Assembly: GCA_030141605.1 (NCBI GenBank) | Contig: JAQGDQ010000101.1 | Span: 62,001-126,000, forward strand | Length of the DNA stretch: 64,000 nt | From: Tubiluchus corallicola | Lineage: Eukaryota > Animalia > Priapulida | Reading direction: 5' to 3' | Part shown: piece after piece, positions 53,212-64,000 of the stretch | Layout of the letters: the number at the start of each line of letters is the position of its first letter | Position numbering within the stretch: the first letter of the stretch is position 1 | The notes under the pieces: model-generated | Seen by the model: the letters and a program-made list of their open reading frames with translations, nothing else | Told to the model about the DNA's origin: nothing | Database searches by the model: none | Position numbers and translations under genes: made by a program

Positions 53212-56200
53212 TAGCAAAACATCACTATTAGTGTTAAATATTAAGTTTTATACAAAAAAAATGTCATAGCGATTCACTTTTTTGGACGAAGTGCGCAATG
53301 CATTATAACTATTTTGCGAGACAAATCAGGCACTAAATACCGGACGTCCCGCAAGTCAGAAGTGCAACGTCAGCTATGAAAATTCGCTATGTTTCATTTA
53401 GTAGCTTTTTTCATAAATGGGTCAGTGTGACGAAACGTTGGCGTTTTCGCCACTGCCTGGAGAAAATAAGAAAGTCATTTACTGGTCTTGCTGTTAATGA
53501 AATATCCTATGGTCATCGCATTGCGTGTGCGCGGTGTAGCCCAGTTTTTTATGTTCTTCTGTAAGGCGATCTTCTTTTTTGTAGTCTAATAGGTATTTTA
53601 TAGTCGTTAAGAGTGATTCTGGGCTGCTTTGTCTGGTTCTATCATCTACGAAAGACGTAACTCACGATTAAAATATTAAATAAACAGCTTATTCACTATC
53701 ATCTTGAATCCAGCCATGTACATTCTGCAACTAACCGCCTTGAACAAACGAAATTCCCGCTCTCAAAACGCGGATTGAGTCCTTATGCCAACATATTTCC
53801 TGCTTTGTAAGTTTTGTTTCATACTAGATATTACTAGATATTCGTTTTGAAAGAGATAAAAGAACGTTAGTATGCTCAGTAGTAGTAGAGGAGAAAAGAC
53901 TGAAGTTAGCTACGGTGTTTAGCAGCAAATAGCAATTTACCATTAGGAACCACAAATATCGATACCCGTGAACATGGAAGACACCCAGGATGATCCGGAA
54001 GGAAGTAGCTAGGTATCTAAAAAGAAACAGAAGGATATAACCAAGGCAATAACTAGAACAAACGTCTCTTGGTTTCCACGGACACAAAATTTAGCAATAC
54101 TAGTAAAAACAAAGAAATAACGGTCTTATACTGACCGTTATAAATTTATAAAGAAAGGGTATTAGCATTTAATTCATCTAAGTTTTCCTGGTGTCAATAA
54201 AACGTGCCGTTGCTAACACTTTCCAAAAAATGCCAGTTCTTACTGCCTAGGACGCACTTTCTAGTAAGAAAGTATGTATTTATATCTACATGTATCTATA
54301 CATTGGTAAACATTTTTAACTTAGATTATACTGGGAAAGTCGAATTAGGTTCATTCCATAACAACAAATGTGTCTAATATCTGCATATTTATTTGCATAG
54401 CGTGATATGTGCATGCATTTTAGTCTAATATCTCTAATGGCTAGTGAACACAATGTTCAATTGTTTGCAAATGTTTAGCTAGCGGAATTTTTTGCTGTGG
54501 GGCTGTTTACAAAGTGATCCATTGACACCTCCTAGCTACTACAGACGCTGTGCAAATACGAGAGTCAATTCTCAGACTTTATTGCTTCCACTTTCCCAAA
54601 CTTTTAGACTCTAGATCTACGTGAAAATACAAAAATACATGCACCTGTAAGAATTTCCTCTGAAATTCAAGAACTCACCTTGCAGTTCAGCACATTGTCT
54701 AGAGGCGTCCTACCCTTGATGCTAGGTTAGGGAATTAAGTGGAATTTTTTTTATTCTCACAAAAACAGATACACCTTTGACGGAAGTAATTAGGCTTGTG
54801 CAAAACAAATAATTAATGAAGCAGCTAAACAGAAGCGGATAAAAATTTACCGTGTGCGCGACTTCCTAGCTGCAAATTTTTGGTGCGAAAATTTAGCGAC
54901 AAAAAATTATGAAAATGTGTAATCTGTACGTGACTTTTGTTTATGTTAATTAACTTCCTTGAATTACATGACCTTTTTGCTGGCAGCAAAGCACAAGGTT
55001 ATAGAATTGCCGAATGGGCAAAGACGAGAACTGCCACTTTTAAACTGTGACTACTTAAAGCTATGGGTGACCAAATTTGTTCAACGTATAATACTCAAGA
55101 ATGAACAGATTTTGATGAATACTGAAAAGTGCTCAGTAACTTTGAAAGGGTCGTTGAAGAAGTAAAGTCAATTTTATCGAACAGCTGACAATCGATTTTC
55201 TTTTACCTTTTAATAGAAGATGATTAAGCTTGAACTTGGTAATAGATGTGGAAGAGAATTAATGGAGCAAAGTTCTGTCAGTTTTCTTCATTAAATAAGC
55301 AGGACTTCATGACTGGGCGTACAATATCTGGTCACAACTTTAATGACTTTTACAAATTACAATCAGGCCACAATTTTAGGGGAGCATAACATATGTCTTA
55401 GTGGTTATGCTGTGCAATATAACAGTCTGCTGCACATTTTGCAATGTCACCTTCGTCTAATTATTACAGCTTCTGAAGGATTTTAGTCTTTACAACTTCT
55501 ACTATAGGTTACTGCATCTCTGCTAAGAGCTTAAAATTGCTTTGTCGATAAGGCTGTTGTCATTTATAATTTTGAGATTTGTCATCAATCCATCATGCTC
55601 ATTAATTAAACAACAGGAGACCTTAACCACGTTTTAGCGGAACCATGCGAGGCATTGCCTTTGCCCTTCTGCGCAAGATTAAATTCAGAACACGCAACGG
55701 CCGTATTTCTTTTGTGCATCCTCTTTTTATTGGCCCGTTTCATCTTTAAATATCAGCTGGTACAGTCTGAATATTGAGATGTCAGAGGCATACACCTAAT
55801 AAAGTAACTTTCTTTCCTCGCTGTCTTATAAAGTTATGATTATGTTTTATCAAATGCAATAGATGTTTATTTTACTTCGCATATTGTGTAGGTTAGTCGC
55901 CTCCTGCAGTGGCCTTGAAGTTCAGTGATGCAGAATCTAACTGTAAAGGATTACTCCTTTAATCTTCCTAGCTCACTGACGGCACTAATAGGATGTGTCA
56001 TATCTGAAGAGGGCAAAATCTCATTGATCCCTGAATGAGCCGAGTGTTTATAGTGAGCAACCACCCTTCCGGATGGGCCGCAAATCCTACTTAACACGTT
56101 TCAATCACGACCTCAAAATGCAGTCCCGTTTTTCATGCATAAGTAATTACTGTTTTTCTATTATCCTTGCCTTTCAGAACGGCCGCCAACCTTGGCGGTT

Positions 56201-59200
56201 TTTTACTGACGGCTTTTGTTGTGTTAGTAAAAAATGCGTGGCAATACTATTAACTTATGATACTATTAGCAGGAAGGGGCATAAAAGCACCAACCCAAGA
56301 GGTATGATTTTTAACGCTTGCAAACTTCAGGTTTAACAGGATTATTTTCAAATTTATAAGCTTGAGCACCGAGAGTCTCTGCCCTGTCACCAAACCGTAA
56401 TCCAAGTTTAGAAATCGTCTGGAAAATACAGGACATCCAGAAAAAAAAATTGTAAAAGAGAACCTCATCGACGTATTGCCCGGTTTCCCCACTTTCCAAA
56501 GATTCAAAAATTCCCTTCCAAGACGCCCACTAAACGCCACTTAGACGTTTTTATTACATGGCATTTCGTCAATGAGCAAAAAATGACAATTTTTTCGAGG
56601 TTCGACCACCGTACCTACAGAAAACAGCTCACAAAACGTTCTAATTTCGCTTCGGGGTCTTAAAGAGAATTTACAAGTCTGTGGAAAAAACAAAACCGAG
56701 CAACACAACGATTACGATTATAAGAATTTCTTTTATAAATGTCTTTATGAAGATGAAGAGTAGCCCTTTTTACTGGACGACCCTGTAGTTTAGAAATAAA
56801 CTAAACTAAATTAAACTAAACAATATGCATTGACACAATGTATGCAAATGATTTTACAGAACACCTCGCTTACAACTTTTAAACTTTTCAATAGAAATAA
56901 AAGTGCCAGAAATTTGAAGGACACTTTTGTATATGCAGAGTTAATTGCTTCTAGGACGCTGCCAACAAGACTTCACATTTTGCGGTGCCTTTGTTAACTG
57001 GAGTTGTTCTGCATTTAAGCAAAAACTAATTATCAAAACTTCTGATACCAAAAAGGACAGCAAGGTTTATCGCTTTCTCTGGTCAAGGCATCTGCCAGGC
57101 CGGTAATATTGATTGGTAAAATTTTATCGTAAAAATGCTGATGGGTCAGAGGTGCGTGGACTTGCATTAATCTCATAACGACATTGAATTTCTTGTTTGT
57201 TGGTTGCTGGTTCAAATACCAGCCTCTTCATACGTTCCATGATTTTACATAGCTTCCATGATTTCCACCATATGTTAAACTATTGCGTTTCTGTTTTGCA
57301 CTGTTTTGATGGCACTATACCTTACGTAATGTGGAAAAGGAAATGAGTTTGCTGCTATAATTGCTTTGCGCATCTTGGGGTAAAAATAGAGAAATAATAA
57401 TCTGGTAACTAATTTTAGTTTGTTAATTTCAGTCAGTAGTGCTGGGTCGCTAATACGAAAACTAAGGGCACTGTTGAATTGTTCGATACTATGTTACTCA
57501 GTTAAAGACGGCGGATAAATTCTTATTGCACCACCCGAGTTATTAGTAGTTACCTGGGAATTTATCTTCTCGCAAAAGTATATAAACCGTAAATCCAACA
57601 ATAGATAAGTCAACGCAACGATGATTGCGAACAATGTGATGAAAATACGGAAAGCACGATTCAATTACAAAATTCTTGTTCAGTTGAACCGATATCTCTG
57701 TCTTGAGTCAGCGTCTTGGGTCGTGAAATGCTCGAGACCTACGCCCAGGAACTTCCTACACAATGACATGTGTAACAGAGGAATCGTCGACCTTTTCAAG
57801 GACTAATTCTCAATTATCATTAATTACTTATACGTATGCTATATAAGCCGATCATCGTGCGCACGCGTGTAGTGTTTCATTCGAATTTATAAAAGCTTTT
57901 TTTGAAATTCTGACGTAATCCAACACTTTTCACTCTCCACAAAAACATTTTGGCATAGCAGTGTCTCGTCGCATTTGCATTTTTTATGACAAAAACATTT
58001 TCTACATCCTTCGAGTTCCTCAATAGCAAAATGAAGCAATCAACGTAAACAGGCCTAATATTATGGTCAACAAAAGCCAAATCTAAAATTCAAGAGAAAT
58101 CTAAAATTTGAAGATAATAAATGTAATTTTAAAGACCCCTGCTGAAGGTTAAAGCAAAACAAGGTTAATCATATCTTCGTGACTTACAAAAGCAGTTAAT
58201 GTTTTTTATCTAGCTTTTAACTTTTGTGATGCACTAATAGCAATAAGATTTTTCCAATTTTAGGATAATATTGGATTATAGGATAATGTTACAATTAAAA
58301 ATTCTGCATTGTGAAGTACATAGTAGTGTACATTGTGATGATCGTAATAACATCTCAGTACAGGAGAAGTCTATTTCAAGACCATGACAGTATGATTGCG
58401 TTCTATCTTGATATGAGTCACTGAGTCATATGAGATACCTGTAACTCAGAGCCCTGATTACATCTGTGGTGGTCAAAATTTGTGATCCGTTTCTAGTTCT
58501 GGTATGAATAAGCTAATTGCTGTACTATAAAAAAAACATGTCGCTACGTGACTGTATAACAGTATGTTGTGTGATACAATGATAGATGAATGTTTGCCCA
58601 GGGCAAGGATTTGATACACGTTTCAGAAATTAGGAGAAAAGCGGTAAACTTTGCTTTAGGCGTAACTCTACAGCATCAGCGAGTCTGCATTACTTTCACT
58701 CATTTCACTGCGCATCATCGCAACATTCTTTTGTTCAACGATATTCGCAAAAATCAAATGTTCTCGTAACTAAATTGAATATTTGTTAAAATAGTTATTC
58801 GATGCGTAACATAGGTAATTGCAAAAAATGATAGCCATAATGCACATTCTTTCTTACATTGTACGTATCCAATTATGTATATATATTTAATCTACGTGGC
58901 CTGACCACACACAGTTAAAAAATTGTGTATGGAAATAGGCATTCATAATAATTATTCTTAAACCCAAGCTTGGTTATAACGTAAATTACTGATATCCTAG
59001 AGCTGTCATTATTGCAACGCGCTTGTAGCTAAACAAACTAAATCTATTTTGGAAAAACCAACTGAACATCAACTACGTCTTGGAACGTCGTGTACAAATC
59101 AAGCGTTAGTTTTTTTAACTTTTAAAAATCTCACAATAAAAAATCTTCAAGATCAAAGAAGCAATCTTGGTTACATGTTAATAGCTAGCGTAAACAACGA

Positions 59201-62200
59201 ATGCACATGTAAATTTCAAACGTGCATAAAAATTTGAAATTTACATTGTTTTCACATTTAATGGCTATCACACAATTCCTCACAATACCTTTACTAGCGA
59301 CAAGTAGCTGATACCTGAAACTGCTCTTGTTAAAAATTTGTTCTCTTTATTAACTTTCTGGCTGCATAAAAAATATATTGAAAAACCATAATTTCGTCCT
59401 AATTAATGGTGATAACTGTTATACCGTACCAACTCATTTATTACAAATTTTTAATAACTAAATTCGCGTGTGAAAAAGGCATCTAACGGGTGAAAGGTTA
59501 CAGGCTTAAAATGCTAATAAATGTATTAAGGGGTAATCATCTAACAAGTAATTTTTCGGTGAACCGTTTTCAAACTGAGACAGTTTTGTTCATTACAAGG
59601 CTAGTTGCGTAATAAATCTAAAAACAGATCGGGCGTTTCCGTGTGTTCAGTTCTTCAAGTAATTTCCTCTCAATTTTTTGTGTTGACACAAAAATGAACA
59701 TTCATACGTAGAAGTGGCTGTAACTGTTTCAAAATGAAAGCATGCTTACAGGAAATTTTGTGTAAGACAAGTGTCCTTCGGTGCGTCAGGAAAAGTTGAC
59801 TTTTTCGGCAGATACTCGAATTACTCTGATATTAATTTTTGCCGAGTCATCTATCTAAACAGTCAGTGAGTTGGCTAATCAATTCACTAACCATCCAACT
59901 ACTTGGTCAACCAATAACCAAAGCGCCCAGTCAGTCACTTAGTTGGTCAATCGTTCAATATGTAAATAAGCTTGTTAATCATTAGTTAGCAATTCTTTCG
60001 CTTCTTCATCTATCATTTATTCGTTTGCCTATTTGTTAATGTAAATTATGCAATACCAAAGCAATATTGCGCATGCTAAGCTTAGCTTGAACAGCAATGC
60101 ACTAAGTATCAAACTAACTTTGTGCGTAGGTTTACTTTTGACTCCCATTTGCAGGCTAAATAATCTCCATTGCTCCTTCAGTGCTGAGGTATGTACTATT
60201 CCCTCCTATAGTAACTTAGTCTGAGTACACAATCCATTTTGAGTTTCAGTCTCACTTGTTTAGGGCTATAGTTGCTAAGTGTCTACTTTTTGCGAAAAGA
60301 ATAATGACTATAACGTATTGGATAGATTTAAATTAATGATCCTTAAATTTTTGATTAAATTGTCAAACTTAAAAATCAATTATTTTTAGCTAGTTTGACT
60401 AGCCAGAACTTGACTAGAGTAAGAAAATGCTGTTACTGTTCACGTGTTTGAAGCAATCTTTAAGTGAACTACTTAAAAGAATTCGCGTGTGAAAGAACTT
60501 GTGCGGACAATTAGGTAAAGGGACTTAACTCAGAGGAACAGTACTCTGTTTTACAAACTTGTGTGCCACTGTGCCTGTTAAATTGCTCGAACCATTAGAA
60601 GAACAGTAACAATAACAACGTCGTCAACAAAAAGTGCTTTGTTTGCATAATGATACCTCTCATAAACACATGGTTTAATATAACAAATGTATAATTATTA
60701 TCTCCTACAAATACTGAATTTTTTAGTTGCCAGACGCTTTTTAAAGTCGGCGTCACGACTGCCGACAAATAAAATGTCAGCTCAAGAATTACTATTTACA
60801 AAAATAATCACATCATGGATTTAAAAAGAGAACCCGCTGTAAAGTGGGAGGTTATTTTCCTTAACATTGGATAAATTTAAAACGGAAGATACAACGTACT
60901 TAGAGTTGTTCAATGATTTAATTGTTTGATAAAAAGATTTAAAAACTCTAAAAACTGTACAAATTTAGTAGCCGTATGAAAGTTGCCGTAATGTCTGGCG
61001 ATTATACCTACATTAACTAACAGTAACTAGATTGCTCGTTTATGGGAGCAATTCGCAAACGGGAAGCACTTTCTTCCCAGTTCCCAAGGAGAGAATGTTA
61101 AATTTAAAGTTTTTAACCAGGGGAAATAATGAGAAGAACTTCAGTCAGAAGAAAAATTCCAAACAGGAGAAGAACGTACTATGTTATTGGATGATCCATC
61201 GGAATTCTCTTTTATTCGACCAAGATTTAAAATAAGTTTAGCTTTAAAATGGAATAGGAATTGGGGAATCAAGGGATAATTTGGTTAGCAATGTAAGTTG
61301 GGAATCTCACGCAGTGATTTTGAGCATCCAGTAGCCTTTTAAAGTTATGTCTATCGAATTTATTATACAGTACTGCACATTAAAACCTCTTCCAGAAAAT
61401 GCCTCTTTGCGCACCATGTGTGACTATTTAATCAACGCTGGACTAATATTAATCTCAACTGTGAAGTAAATATCTGCAAAATTTTAATTTGTAACGTTTT
61501 ATTTAACCATGTTGAAAAATAAAAGTTGAACACTTGTTACGGTGCTATGTATAAAGAATTGGCGAAACAGCCCTTACATATTATGGCAACTGTGTGCACA
61601 GCGATACTAAAATTGCGCTTTGGTGCATGCATGTAATTAGCCACAAACAATAAATCATGCACAAATTTTGCACGTAGTGAGCTCTCTCTAGCAACGAATT
61701 CTGATACAAGCATGATAATTATTGTGTGTTTATTAATCATAAATAACAGTATTCTGCCTGCGGGCTTTGTCCTTGTTGAGTTACTTGAATACAGTGATTG
61801 CGATACGATATACATACTTATATCCTAGGGCATGACAGCCCTGAGTTTCACCACGTTTTAAATAATACATCCGCCTCTGTAAATAAGCCATAAAGAATAG
61901 TTACAGACAATTTATATTAAAATTCAGTAGTTTGTATTTAAATATCGATTTAATTGTGTGTTCGACAAAACAGTTTTGCTAGCATTAAAATTATTTTGTC
62001 ATTTCGTTTTTTGGAGGATATTTTAAAGTGTTTATCGCGCTGCTAAATTTTCGACGTCAAAACTGACAAATTCTTTGTTATAAACTGAAATTTAATATCC
62101 TCACTCAATTTAGTTTTGTACATAAATTGAAGCAATTGTTTGCATAGAAGGTATGTAATTGTATTGCACTTTTTAGAGCGTGAGATGCGTTGAAATCAGC

Positions 62201-64000
62201 CATGTTTCTGCATGTTTTCATTTTTCATGAACCTGCTCTTGTACCATTTCCTTCCATGAAACTTCCTTCGCATTTTGTCTCCTGCGCAGTTCTTTAGATA
62301 AAAAGACGGGACATGTGGCCGAATGGCTTACATTTCGGACTGCAACCACGCAGTCTTGAGTTGGATACTAGCAGCTGGAAACGTCAGAACTTATACCCTA
62401 CATGTTATATTTTGTTTGTGTGCTGCGTCCTTACCATTACTGTTGTAAGTGTAAGTCGCTAATAGGCGTTAGTGCTAATGTCGTCTGATAAACGAGCGAC
62501 AGCAAATAAATCTTGTCTTTTGTCTTTTTTGAATTTGGGACAGTTACTGTCGGTCTGCATATTTATGAAATTTATAAAACGTGGGTCGGGTGACTCTGCA
62601 GTAAGATAAACAATGCCTTGAAGGTTGCGGGGACATCTTGTCATCTCTAGGATCTCCTAATGTGAATTACCTCTTAAAAACGCTATTTGAAGGAACGTAG
62701 AAACATTTTCTTTTGTATACGTCAAAAAACATTGCTACACAAAAATATGGCGGAACTTCAACATTGCCTAATATCGAGTCACCTTACAGAGGTCATGGTC
62801 GACAAGTTATCTGAAGGTCAACATGTACGATATAGATACTCCAAAATGCGTAAAACTATAGCGCAACCAATAGTAACTTATACGATAATAGAGAGTCTGG
62901 TTTTATAACATTTCCAAACTACGATGTGCGACATTTTCCTCTGTCTGAGCTTGCCAACGGTACCTAAATTAAATGAAGGTCAAACAACGACAGCGGCTAT
63001 TTAGTTGCTTTTGCCTTGCTGAAACAAAAGTTTTTAAGTGTCTATAAAGAATTTGCTTGACAGTATATTTTGATGCTATGTGACGCAATGTTTAAATAAT
63101 TATATTTTCAGCGATTCACTTCAAAAAGACCTTGCCATCAGGTGCTTTAAGTCAGCCATCATTTTTTACAAAGTGAACGTAGTATAACGTTAAAAACCCT
63201 GACATGTTAAATTACTTGTTAAATTTCCACATAAAGAAATTACCAGCATGTCTTTCTATATAGCCTGCGGTGCTAACTATTAATTAGGTGAGATGACATT
63301 CCTCTTACGCGTGTTGTTCAGAAGTAAGATTAAAGTAGCTGCTATTTCGATTCAAATATGAACTGCTATCGTCATACCTTTAAATGAGTACATTTTAATT
63401 AAAGTGACTTGCCAATAAACGTTTCCATGTTATATCGCACAAAGAGAGTAAACAAAATTTATGCTATCAATTACTTCATGTATCTTATGAACTATATATT
63501 CACCATATAGAACATTAAGTTTATATTTGCAATACAGACAGATCTGTTGGAAGGGGCAAGGTTTTTTGAGTTTGTTATCGTAAATCTGCTTTTGGGGGAG
63601 AAGGGGCTGTGTAAGTTTCCTGATATGTAGTTTAGAAAGTAAACAAAAGTATGGAAATACATAAGATCATAACCGGTTCCATATGGGACTGGTATTACAA
63701 GTTTTCAGCAATACAGTAGTACATTTTTCTACTGTAAATTTTTCCAAAGAATTACCACAATTTGTAATAATGCTCATTGGATTTTCGTGTTAATCAACTG
63801 GAGACATACAATAGTTTAATGACTTTCGCCTCTAGTTTTAATCTAAGATAGCTGCCAAGTTTTCTTAGATACTAAAATTTAAGGGTAAGTTGGATTGTCG
63901 CATTGCCCCGTACTTTTACACCCTCAGCTCAGTACTTTTGCACACTTTACGGAACGTAGTTATTTTAATTATGTATTCAAATTGTAAGTAGGCTTAGATA

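Noticed and set aside
54679-54721. Possible 43-nt minus-strand exon (IKGRTPLDNVLNCK) with AG and gtgagt ends
   Set aside because: No partner exons found; too short to distinguish from chance.
56760-56790. Tc1/mariner-like terminus (tactggacgaccctgta)
   Set aside because: No matching opposite TIR found, so element boundaries cannot be supported.
62310-62380. tRNA-like sequence (also at ~17230-17290, ~26680, ~32605, ~37490)
   Set aside because: Only partial A/B-box similarity with no complete cloverleaf; SINE-like debris rather than tRNA genes.

Overview
AT-rich eukaryotic genomic DNA from a protostome invertebrate (inferred from spliceosomal introns and an IR-type chemoreceptor; probably an arthropod). 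The first 40 kb holds six protein-coding genes: (1) the last six coding exons of a kainate-type glutamate receptor (+, 2713-8222); (2) an intronless divergent Ionotropic Receptor (-, 608-2032), apparently nested antisense in an upstream intron of that receptor; (3) a complete 12-coding-exon Beclin-1/Atg6 gene (-, 9745-24235, 454 aa, one GC-AG intron); (4) an IRAK4/Tube-like death-domain kinase with an intronless CDS (-, 26942-28132), placed where the Beclin-1 5'-UTR intron is expected; (5) a LicD/fukutin-family membrane protein (+, 29728-30438); (6) a 3-exon MYORG-like GH31 protein (+, 36149-40031) that appears to lack both catalytic aspartates. Introns and the apparently gene-free last 24 kb contain a Buster-type hAT deletion derivative, MITEs, Penelope-like pLTR fragments with minimal hammerhead ribozymes, tRNA- and 5S-derived repeats and micro/minisatellites. 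No CRISPR, rRNA or intact tRNA genes were seen. All exon models were built by hand from splice signals, frame continuity and recalled family motifs; no database search was run.
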